64,000 nucleotides of DNA from an uncultured Bacilli bacterium (GTDB taxonomy: Bacteria > Bacillota_I > Bacilli_A > RF39 > UBA660). A program made the translations under genes and the position numbers. This document shows positions 28,287 to 36,390 of this stretch, piece by piece. The notes below the pieces were generated by a model. It was not told where the DNA came from, ran no database searches, and saw only the letters and a list, made by a program, of their open reading frames with translations. The DNA lies in the NCBI GenBank assembly GCA_934098485.1, contig CAKOOH010000001.1, positions 68,329 through 132,328 of the forward strand, read 5' to 3'. The stretch's first letter is position 1. Every line of letters starts with the position of its first letter.

Positions 28287-29287
28287 CTAATCCTCGGTTT
28301 TATTATTATCTAAATTATCTATTACTGCAACTACTTCATCTAAAGTGCTTGTAAATAGATGTGAATAAGTTTTTAAAGTTTCTTCAACTTTTGTGTGACC
28401 TAAGTATTTTGCTACAACTTGAACATTAGCTCCTTTATTAACTAAAAGAGATGCACATGAATGTCTAAAATCGTGTAATCTAATTTGCTTAACATTAGCA
28501 AATTTACAGTTAACATTTTTATGATTAGTAAGTGTATTGCTACATACAGGAAGCATGTCTCCAGCAACAAAGAAATTATCATTGAATCCTGGTATCTTTT
28601 CTGCCTCGTTTTTCACCATTTTAAGGTCATTTGTGAGGACTTGTGGCATTTTTAATATTCTTATACTACTTTTTGTTTTAGGAACCGAGAATCACCAATT
28701 TTTAATGGAACCACGACGGTCATTAATTTGCTTGGAGATACTTAAAGTTCTATCTTTAAAATTGATATCTTTCCATTGTAATCCTCTAAGCACTCCACGT
28801 CTTAATCCACAGTAATATAATATTTCAAAAATACCAATCTATTTGATATCAGTTTCAACAGAAAGAAATTGTTTAAATTCTTCATAAGTAAAAAATAATT
28901 GTTCTTTAGGAAATTCATTAGAATCATTAAAGTTATACATTTTAGGATATACCTTAGCAAAGTTAAACTCATGCCAAGCAGTAGCATAATTCAAAATAGT
29001 TTTTAATAATTTATATATGTCATTTTTAGTTCTTGTAGCAAGATGAGTACTATTTATTTCATCATGCCATCTTTCAAAAGTAGGGTGGTTAAAATCTTTA
29101 AGTTTAACTTTATATAATGATTTTAAATAAGGCAATTTGTTGTTATAACCATATAATGTATTTTCCTTAACTTTATCTTTTCTAAAATATACTTTTCCAA
29201 ATAACTATCATAGTTATTATAAAAAGGATCAATAACCTTTTCACATTCTTCATCACTTATATCTTCATCAGTACATTTCCTTAACAT
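28287..29287 (-). pseudogene. tyrosine integrase paralog 2, multiply frameshifted and 3'-truncated by the IS
   Basis: Fragments 28287-28649 (..RLHDFRHSCASLLVNKGANVQVVAKYLGHTKVEETLKTYSHL..) and 28839-29135 are paralogous to integrase 1 (..FLSVEDDPK versus FLSVETDIK). The start is ATG 29287 with RBS GGAGGTG. The last codons are encoded by the IS right inverted repeat. Confidence 0.6.
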
Positions 29288-29416
29288 AAACACCTCCATA
29301 TGTATTAATCACTCTAAAAAATATCAAGCTTTTATAAAGAATTATTATAAAATCCAATAGTTTTCTAGGAAAAAAACGACAATTAATGATATAATTAATA
29401 TGGGAGGATAAGGGAA

Positions 29417-30652
29417 ATGGAACTAATAAACAACGTGAATAATTTAGATGGAAAAAATTGGCTTAGAAATGCAATTAATTTTTATGAATTAAAAACATTT
29501 GATTTAGAAGAAATACAAAAGAAGTTCTATGACCTTTGTTATAAAAAAAGAACTTCAGGAAAAACATTTTTAATTAATAGTGAATATAAGATTTTAAATT
29601 ATGATTTCACTTTTCAATATATTCATCATTTTGAAGAGTTAAAAAAAACATTTGATATAATAATAAATTCTTCATATAATTCTTATCATGCAATTTTAGT
29701 GGATGATGAATTAGATAACAATATTTTAATTTCAAAATCTATAACTGAATATGTAGAAAATTCTGGATTAGAATATAGAGGAAAGATAATTGTTAATTTC
29801 AAAGAAGAAAATATAACAAAAAAGGTTTTCTTAATACTTAATAGATTATCAGAGGTTAAACAAATAAAGTTAAAAAAACATGAAATCAACCACGAAAAGA
29901 AATCTGAATATGTTATATCAAGTAAAAGTAAAATTGATAAAATTGGATTAAAGCATCCTGCACCATATAGCTACAATGATATAGAATCGCTAATTGAAAA
30001 AGAAAATATACATGATAAGGTAATTTTGGATCCATTCTTAGGAATTGGTTCAACAATCATTGGAACTTATAAAACTAATTACAATATAGGGATTGAACTT
30101 AATAAAGAATATGTTGAGTTAATAAAAGAAAGAATTAAATTTTTAAATATCAGTGATTTAGATGATAGTAAATATAAAATAATTAATGGTAATTCTTCAA
30201 AAGAAATAAAAAAGATAGATCAAAATATTGATGTTGTTATTACATCACCACCATACTTCAATATTTTAAAAAATAAAAGTAAAGGTGTAAGACATGATAA
30301 AAGTCAAACAAGACAGGGGGTTGAATATTATAGTGAGTTAAAAGATGATATTGGGAATTTAGATGAATATGATGATTACTTAAAGGCAATGGAAAAAATA
30401 TTCAAAGAGTCATTTAATAAAATGAATAATGGCGGAAAGTTTTATTTAATAATTAGTGATTTTACAATAAATAAGAAAGAAACTGATATTCATTCTGATA
30501 TGATCCTTTTAATGAATAAAGTAGGATTTACATATAATGGTACTTCATATATCTTGCAAAATCAAAAAGCAATATATCCTTTTGGATATCCATATAAAAT
30601 TGTATTAAATCATATTTTTCAATATATAATTGTTTTTGAAAAGAGGTGGTAG
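29417..30652 (+). CDS. DNA methyltransferase (N4/N6 family, PF01555-like), RM operon gene 1
   Basis: AdoMet motif ILDPFLGIGSTIIG and catalytic motif VVITSPPYFN. The product is 411 aa with an N-terminal region of about 180 aa of unknown function. Confidence 0.65.
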   Translation: MELINNVNNLDGKNWLRNAINFYELKTFDLEEIQKKFYDLCYKKRTSGKTFLINSEYKILNYDFTFQYIHHFEELKKTFDIIINSSYNSYHAILVDDELDNNILISKSITEYVENSGLEYRGKIIVNFKEENITKKVFLILNRLSEVKQIKLKKHEINHEKKSEYVISSKSKIDKIGLKHPAPYSYNDIESLIEKENIHDKVILDPFLGIGSTIIGTYKTNYNIGIELNKEYVELIKERIKFLNISDLDDSKYKIINGNSSKEIKKIDQNIDVVITSPPYFNILKNKSKGVRHDKSQTRQGVEYYSELKDDIGNLDEYDDYLKAMEKIFKESFNKMNNGGKFYLIISDFTINKKETDIHSDMILLMNKVGFTYNGTSYILQNQKAIYPFGYPYKIVLNHIFQYIIVFEKRW

Positions 30653-31917
30653 TAATGAATAAACAAAGTAAAGACTATAAAGCTAGAAAGAAAATTGGAC
30701 AGTTTTTTACTGAAATCAAATTGGCTGAAAAACTAATTGAAATGTTTGAATTGGATTTTAACAATAAGGTTATAGTTGAACCATCATGTGGGGATGGTGT
30801 ATTTATTAAACAAATTATAAAAAAATCACCATTATTCAAAAATATCATTGGAATTGATATAGATAAAAAGGCACTTAGTAAATTATCTGGATTAAGTGAT
30901 AATATTGAATTAAAAAATAAAGATTTTCTAAAATTAAAATTCTCTAATGTTGATGTTGTGATTGGTAATCCGCCATTTAATTTAAAAGTCGATGACTTTG
31001 TTGATTCAACTGAAGCTTTTATTTCAAAAGGAATTGATATTTTAAAACCTGGAGGCGAATTAATATTAATAATTCCGAATACTGTTCTTAGAAGTCAAAA
31101 ATATCAAAAACTAAGAACAAAAATTTTAGATGAAACAAAAATTATAGGCATTGTAGATACAAGAGGACATGAGTTCCTGGGAGCTGATGTTGAAACGGTT
31201 GCAATATATTTGAAAAAAGAAAAAATAAGTGCACAAGAATATTACTATATTTCCAATGGCCAAAAGAGAAATATTGTTTTAGAAAGAAATATAAGAGATA
31301 CAATTTTATTGTATAATCGAAATTACTATAACATTATAAATAGTAAAATATTAGGTTGTAATTTGGAAGAATTATTCTATGTTAGAAGAGGTAATTGCAA
31401 GGCAAATGGGTTAAAAGGAAGAGATCTAGATTTTTACAATGATATTTATTATATGCCAGACGGTAATAGTGTATTTATAGCTATACAAAATATAGCGTAT
31501 AGATTGACTGCAAATGTAGTTAGAGGAGATCTTGACAAAATTTCTGATACTATAACAATGCTAATTCCAAAAAAGAATATGACAATTTTAGAAATGAAGT
31601 ATATTGCAAATTATTTAAATTCATCAGTTGCTTATTACAATTTGCATATAAATTGTTTAAATAATAGCAGGTTAACTATACATATGGATAAATATTATAT
31701 TGATGATATCAAAATACCAAGTTGTGATAATAAAGTATTGGATCATATGAGCAATATATTAAAAGGTCACGAGAGAAAACAAGATATTATTAATATTAGA
31801 AATGACTTCTTTTATAATACGTTTTCGTTGGATTTAGAAGTAATAAATGAAATAGAAAAATTTTGGAAGGCTCCAAAATATAAACTAAAAGAAGGAAGTA
31901 TGGGGTATGAATGTTGA
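30646..31917 (+). CDS. gamma-class N6-adenine DNA methyltransferase (Eco57I/TaqI-like), RM operon gene 2
   Basis: Motif X GQFFTE. Motif I EPSCGDGVF. Motif IV GNPPFN. A C-terminal TRD-like region follows. Overlaps gene 1 by 7 nt. Confidence 0.65.
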   Translation: MVVMNKQSKDYKARKKIGQFFTEIKLAEKLIEMFELDFNNKVIVEPSCGDGVFIKQIIKKSPLFKNIIGIDIDKKALSKLSGLSDNIELKNKDFLKLKFSNVDVVIGNPPFNLKVDDFVDSTEAFISKGIDILKPGGELILIIPNTVLRSQKYQKLRTKILDETKIIGIVDTRGHEFLGADVETVAIYLKKEKISAQEYYYISNGQKRNIVLERNIRDTILLYNRNYYNIINSKILGCNLEELFYVRRGNCKANGLKGRDLDFYNDIYYMPDGNSVFIAIQNIAYRLTANVVRGDLDKISDTITMLIPKKNMTILEMKYIANYLNSSVAYYNLHINCLNNSRLTIHMDKYYIDDIKIPSCDNKVLDHMSNILKGHERKQDIINIRNDFFYNTFSLDLEVINEIEKFWKAPKYKLKEGSMGYEC

Positions 31918-32401
31918 AAATGTTGTAAACTATGAAAATGAAATTGCAATGTATCCAGATATAATGGAGAGTATTAAGTTTTATATGGATTTATTTGGAT
32001 ATGAATGTAAGGTATTTGAAACTTGGCATGAGTTTAAGCCTGAATTGCGTGAGAGATTTCAAAGAGAAATAGATATATTAGGTGATTTTGGTAAGCCAGA
32101 TATTACGGTCTTATATAGAAAATCAAGTGATGAAGATGATAAAGTGTTAATAATAGAAGCTAAATTGAATAGTGTTGTTATGAAAGATATAGCTCAAGCA
32201 AAAATGTATGGTGATATCTTTAAGGCAGATAAGGTCTTTTTAGTTGCTCCTTATGAATTAAGGAGAATGATTGAACAATACTATTATGTAAATAAAAATA
32301 TTTTTAGATATGATGGCGATAAAGAAATTAAATATGTAAGGCTTTCTGATTGTAATCTACTTATACAACAATCAATCCCATCGGGAGGTGAGTTGTTTTG
32401 A
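31907..32401 (+). CDS. small PD-(D/E)xK nuclease-fold protein (candidate restriction endonuclease catalytic subunit)
   Basis: GKPDITVLYRK...VLIIEAKL fits the PD...ExK motif. Overlaps gene 2 by 11 nt. Confidence 0.4.
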   Translation: MNVENVVNYENEIAMYPDIMESIKFYMDLFGYECKVFETWHEFKPELRERFQREIDILGDFGKPDITVLYRKSSDEDDKVLIIEAKLNSVVMKDIAQAKMYGDIFKADKVFLVAPYELRRMIEQYYYVNKNIFRYDGDKEIKYVRLSDCNLLIQQSIPSGGELF

Positions 32402-33402
32402 TAACTGCAAATGAATCGTATTTATTAGGAATCCTATTTGGTAAGGGTTCTATTATTGTTACTGATAATGGTAATGTAGTGTTAAATTTTAGGGTTAAAT
32501 TTAGAAGACCTACTGATGGATCTTTGAGAACTGATAATATTCATACTCAAAGTGAAGAAAGAGCATATGTAGAAACATTAAAATCAAAACTATCTAATGA
32601 CTTTTCTGAAATAATTTATTTACTAAGAGATACATGGAACATTAATTCAAAGATAGATCTTCCTAATTCATATAGTTTAGATGATTGGAAAATGAAAGAA
32701 ATACTTATATCAACCGAAGAAATACCATGTGATTATCAAAGATTATGTGAATTGCTTAATGTTGGATACTTAGAAAATAATGTATTAAAAAAATTTCCTT
32801 TTCATCTAAATTTAGAAAATAATAAAATGAATGCGTTGTCTTTTTTACAGGGAATATGTGATTCTTGTTCGCTTGTTCCAAATGAAGCATCAAGTAGCTA
32901 TGGAGGAGATGGAGATTCTAGAATTCAACTTGAACCATCTCAAGAAAGATGGGAAATACCTATTGGGATTTGTAGGGTATTTCAAGTTGGATTATCAATA
33001 CCTGTAAATAACATAAATTGGGGCCATCCGCAAATTAGAGGCATGGATGTGTGGAGAGGCCAAAATCACCAATTTAGAGTTAGTTTAAAAAATATTCCTC
33101 CACAAATTGAATTATACAGATTATCATATAAAAGAGAAGAATATCGTAATTTATATGCTAGAAGAAATACATCTTATGAAGAAGCAGATTTATGCCCAGT
33201 TAGTAAGAGAGTAAAAGAGGGAGAAGTAATTCACGTATATAGAACATCAAATCCTGAGATTGATAATGATTTATTGGATGAAAGAATTAGAGGTATTAGC
33301 ATAGATGTATCACAAAGAAAGAGCCTTATAGTATGTAAGCTATTAGGGTGTACTCAGTGCCAAGACTATTTTGATGTTGAAATTGATAAAAATGATAATT
33401 AA
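32398..33402 (+). CDS. hypothetical 334-aa protein; candidate DNA-recognition partner of the small nuclease
   Basis: TTG start overlapping the upstream TGA (TTGA), with RBS GGGAGGTGAG 6 nt upstream. No recognisable motif. Confidence 0.35.
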   Translation: MITANESYLLGILFGKGSIIVTDNGNVVLNFRVKFRRPTDGSLRTDNIHTQSEERAYVETLKSKLSNDFSEIIYLLRDTWNINSKIDLPNSYSLDDWKMKEILISTEEIPCDYQRLCELLNVGYLENNVLKKFPFHLNLENNKMNALSFLQGICDSCSLVPNEASSSYGGDGDSRIQLEPSQERWEIPIGICRVFQVGLSIPVNNINWGHPQIRGMDVWRGQNHQFRVSLKNIPPQIELYRLSYKREEYRNLYARRNTSYEEADLCPVSKRVKEGEVIHVYRTSNPEIDNDLLDERIRGISIDVSQRKSLIVCKLLGCTQCQDYFDVEIDKNDN

Positions 33403-33408
33403 AATAAT

Positions 33409-33440
33409 TTGCTTAGATTTTGATAATCTAGGCTTTTTTA
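33409..33440 (+). terminator. rho-independent terminator after the RM-like operon
   Basis: GCTTAGATT-ttgat-AATCTAGGC hairpin (one G-U pair) followed by a T6 run. Confidence 0.6.
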
Positions 33441-33477
33441 GTGATATAATATATAACTAATAAATGAGGTGACTAAA

Positions 33478-34065
33478 ATGAAAGAATCAAGAATCATTAT
33501 AATTATTTCAATTGCTATGCTGATAGCACTAATTCCTTTATTATACGTTTTGCAATTGTGTGGAATAAGTAGTGAATTGAGTATAAATATAATTACCAAT
33601 TTAGGATGTGGGATTATAGTTGGTTTAGTTACAGCCATATGTCAGTATTTTATGGCAAAAAGTCGTATTATAAATACAGTGTACGGTCTATATTTTGAAT
33701 TATATACTACTTATTATTCTGTTAAAAATAAAGAATTTTTCCATCATATTAATACTATTGCATTATTTAAAAAACTTACTGGATTATCCACCGAAATCAA
33801 GAATACATTGTCAGAATATCATGGCTTTTTTAAAGAAAAGGAATCTATGTATACGAAAATTAATCCACAGATCAATATAGGTGAAAATTATAAAGCTGAA
33901 AAAATAATTAAAACTATTATTAAATGGTTTAATGAGAAAGCATTTGATGAAAGTGTTGAACCATTTATAAATGAAGTAGAGAATATATTAAAAAGTATTG
34001 ATGAAAAAAGATTTAAAGAAGATAAAGAACAAATGATAAAAATGTTTAATTATATATGGAAATAG
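33478..34065 (+). CDS. hypothetical membrane protein (2 N-terminal TM segments plus a cytoplasmic domain)
   Basis: The extended -10 TGaTATAAT lies at 33439-33449. RBS AATGAGGTGA lies 6 nt before ATG 33478. The track's GTG 33469 start is less likely. Confidence 0.4.
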   Translation: MKESRIIIIISIAMLIALIPLLYVLQLCGISSELSINIITNLGCGIIVGLVTAICQYFMAKSRIINTVYGLYFELYTTYYSVKNKEFFHHINTIALFKKLTGLSTEIKNTLSEYHGFFKEKESMYTKINPQINIGENYKAEKIIKTIIKWFNEKAFDESVEPFINEVENILKSIDEKRFKEDKEQMIKMFNYIWK

Positions 34066-34072
34066 TTATTTC

Positions 34073-34092
34073 GGGAACAAATGGGGAACAAT
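34073..34092 (+). repeat. GGGAACAA tandem doublet (period 12)
   Basis: cGGGAACAAatgGGGAACAA lies immediately after the 33478 gene stop. It is related to the doublet at 24644-24665. Confidence 0.55.
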
Positions 34093-34195
34093 TACATAGG
34101 GCAAGATAGATAAAATAGGACTATTTACGAAAAATATAGCAAATGATAAGTCAATAATAATGAAAAATATGACAAAAAAATAGGGTATAATTTTT

Positions 34196-34234
34196 CCCCT
34201 CCTGAAGAGAGCATCTAACCGTGCTCTTATTTTT
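34196..34234 (+). terminator. CCCCTCCTGAAGAGAG-hairpin-T5 terminator element, copy 3 of 3
   Basis: AGAGCA-tctaaccg-TGCTCT hairpin followed by TATTTTT. It is preceded by a TATAAT-like box at 34184-34189. Confidence 0.5.
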
Positions 34235-34282
34235 GTGCCTATTTTATAAGGAATTGTGAGGTATCAAGTTTGCTAAAATAAT

Positions 34283-34301
34283 TTAGGTACAATTTAGGTA
34301 C
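34283..34301 (+). repeat. TTAGGTAC tandem doublet (period 11), copy E
   Basis: TTTAGGTACAA followed by TTTAGGTACAA, about 45 bp after terminator element 3. Confidence 0.65.
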
Positions 34302-34468
34302 AAAAAAATTTGATTTAAGTATAGTTCATTGCATAAAAGTGATGAAAATGGCAAAAAAATCTTTTGTAAAAATATGTTGTTATTCTTTGCAAGTTATTTG
34401 GAAGTTCCACATGGTGAAGGAGATTTTTCACTTCTTATTAAGAACTTAGTAAAAATGATTGTACTACT

Positions 34469-34765
34469 ATGCGATCGGATGACAAAGAAAAATTTTATGC
34501 GGTTTTAAAGGCACTTGTGGTAAAACCACTAGTAGATATTTCGAGAGCTAAAGGTATTATTCCAGGACTAGATGTACAATATAGTAGTGCTAAAAATACA
34601 AATTGCTTTAAATTAACTTGGGATTATGAAGATAGTGATGGCATTAGAGTATACACTACTGATTTAATAGATTCTACCGTATATGATTATGAAGGTGGCA
34701 TTTATGCTGGTGCTGATTTATCTTTTGAACTTATAATCAAGACAAAAAAGTATGAAAATTTTTAA
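34469..34765 (+). CDS. hypothetical protein (98 aa)
   Basis: ORF only; no motif. Confidence 0.35.
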   Translation: MRSDDKEKFYAVLKALVVKPLVDISRAKGIIPGLDVQYSSAKNTNCFKLTWDYEDSDGIRVYTTDLIDSTVYDYEGGIYAGADLSFELIIKTKKYENF

Positions 34766-34952
34766 AGAAGTTCTTCCAGGGGGACTTACAAAATAAACTA
34801 ATGATAAACCTTGTTTTAAGTAAATCAATAATACTTTGAACAGGGTTTTTCTTTGCTTTAAACTAATTGTTTAATTAATTAAACTTAATATATGTAGGTA
34901 GTTTTTATAATTTATGATAGTTTATTTTCAGAGAAAGGAGATTAAAAAATTT

Positions 34953-35666
34953 ATGAAAAAGAATATAGGATTAATGATGGGAGTACTAGTATTTTTGGTA
35001 TTAATAGGATTAATTTGCGCTTTACTTTATAAAGATAACAATAAATATATAGAACAAGAACTTCCAAAACCAGAACTATCGGAAGGTTTAAGGGGTAAAT
35101 ACGGAATTGACAAAAATATTAATGAGGCAACTATTGATAATTATTTAAATCGATCAGATACGGTTTATCGTGATGTGCGTATGCTTGTTGATACAGCAAC
35201 TTGGGAAAATAAAGGTGGAGACAGATATTTAACTGGATATATTAAAGGATTTGAAGTAATTCCTTCACCATATTTGGCAAGTTATACTGATGCTTACATC
35301 AAGCAAAAAGAAAAGGAAAATGTTAGTGGTTTATATACAGGCGATACTTTATTTACCTTAAATGATGATGGAAGTTATACTGCCAATTATGAAGAATCCA
35401 TGGATATTTTAGAAGCGGTTTTCCCTAAGGATAAGAATATTTTTATTATATGTGGAGCTGGCGGGTATGCAGGTCAAGTTAAAGAAATGTTAGTTTCACT
35501 AGGCTGGGATGAAAATAAAGTTAGAGATATTGGTGGTTACTGGTATTATAAGGGACAAAATTCTATTCAAGTAAAAGAAATAAAAAATGGAAAAGATTAT
35601 TATAATTTTAGTAAAGTTCCTTATTACAATATAGATTTTAAATCACTACATAAAGTAAACAAATGA
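34953..35666 (+). CDS. membrane-anchored or secreted protein with a rhodanese-like C-terminal region
   Basis: N-terminal TM/signal segment. ..IFIICGAGGYAGQVKEMLVSLGW..IGGYWYY resembles the rhodanese active-site loop Cys(X)5. RBS AAAGGAG. Confidence 0.4.
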   Translation: MKKNIGLMMGVLVFLVLIGLICALLYKDNNKYIEQELPKPELSEGLRGKYGIDKNINEATIDNYLNRSDTVYRDVRMLVDTATWENKGGDRYLTGYIKGFEVIPSPYLASYTDAYIKQKEKENVSGLYTGDTLFTLNDDGSYTANYEESMDILEAVFPKDKNIFIICGAGGYAGQVKEMLVSLGWDENKVRDIGGYWYYKGQNSIQVKEIKNGKDYYNFSKVPYYNIDFKSLHKVNK

Positions 35667-36100
35667 AAAAAATAGTTTTAATTTTACTAGCAATTTTTAC
35701 ATTAATGGGATGTAGTAATAAGGAAAATAAATTTTATTTAGATGATGAATATTATGGTAATGGCAAACTGTTAAGTATAAAAGCTGAGGATATTAACTCT
35801 TTAGAAGATAAAACTTATATTGTTTTCATTTATAATAACTATTGTAATTTACCAATACCATGTGAAGATATTTTTAAGGAAGTGGCAAAAGATAATGATT
35901 TGATTTTTTATACTTTGTCATATGAAGAAATGCAAAATACTTTTTTCAAAGAAAAAATTCAATATGCTCCTTCAGTTGTGATAGTGCATAAAGGAGAAAT
36001 TATTGACTATTTAGATGCTAATAGCGACGATGATTATGATAAATACCAGGATAAAAAGGCATTTCTAAACTGGCTTAAAAACTATATTTATTTGAAATAA
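35663..36100 (+). CDS. lipoprotein, function unknown
   Basis: Lipobox LMGCSN. Overlaps the upstream gene (ATGA). Confidence 0.5.
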   Translation: MKKIVLILLAIFTLMGCSNKENKFYLDDEYYGNGKLLSIKAEDINSLEDKTYIVFIYNNYCNLPIPCEDIFKEVAKDNDLIFYTLSYEEMQNTFFKEKIQYAPSVVIVHKGEIIDYLDANSDDDYDKYQDKKAFLNWLKNYIYLK

Positions 36101-36114
36101 AAAAATATTTAAAG

Positions 36115-36143
36115 ATGTAAACGTTAAAAAGTTTACATTTTTT
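36115..36143 (+). terminator. rho-independent terminator
   Basis: ATGTAAAC-gttaaaaa-GTTTACAT perfect 8-bp stem followed by TTTTT. Confidence 0.7.
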
Positions 36144-36390
36144 ATATGTATTCTTTTCTTTTTAGAATTTCTATTTGGTTATTGATTTTAATTTTAGATA
36201 AAAGTATAATGAAATTATGAAAAATAAAGAACTAAAAAAAGTAATTAAAGAATTAGTATTTGATATCATTTTTGTGTTATTTTTAATAATATTATCTTTT
36301 TATGTTTCTAAAAAAATTTACGGAAATATAAATGAAATAAATAATAATTTAGGAGAAGATAATGTTATAAATAATGATTTAAATAAATAA

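Larger units (their letters stand above)
26913..28302 (+). mobile_element. IS3-family insertion sequence (about 1.39 kb), degenerate
   Basis: Imperfect roughly 45-bp terminal inverted repeats (left AACCGAG..TGAAGTTGT..AAAAGTAGACA; right, reverse-complemented, AACCGAGG..TGAAGTTGT..AAAAGTAGACA). orfA is followed by an orfB in the -1 frame with a DDE core. Confidence 0.7.

Noticed and set aside
28537-28987. Plus-strand 92-aa and minus-strand 61-aa ORFs across the integrase-2 remnant
   Set aside because: They overlap frames of the decayed integrase. The products are low-complexity with no independent support.
29686-29889. 67-aa minus-strand ORF inside MTase gene 1
   Set aside because: Antisense chance ORF.
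33438-33880. 66-aa minus-strand and 61-aa plus-strand ORFs overlapping the 33478 membrane-protein gene
   Set aside because: They overlap the better-supported gene (promoter and RBS) in other frames or on the opposite strand.
34790-34850. Long-range hairpin AACCTTGTT...AACAGGGTT upstream of the rhodanese-like gene as a terminator
   Set aside because: The loop is about 25 nt and the stem needs a G-U pair. It is too weak to call.
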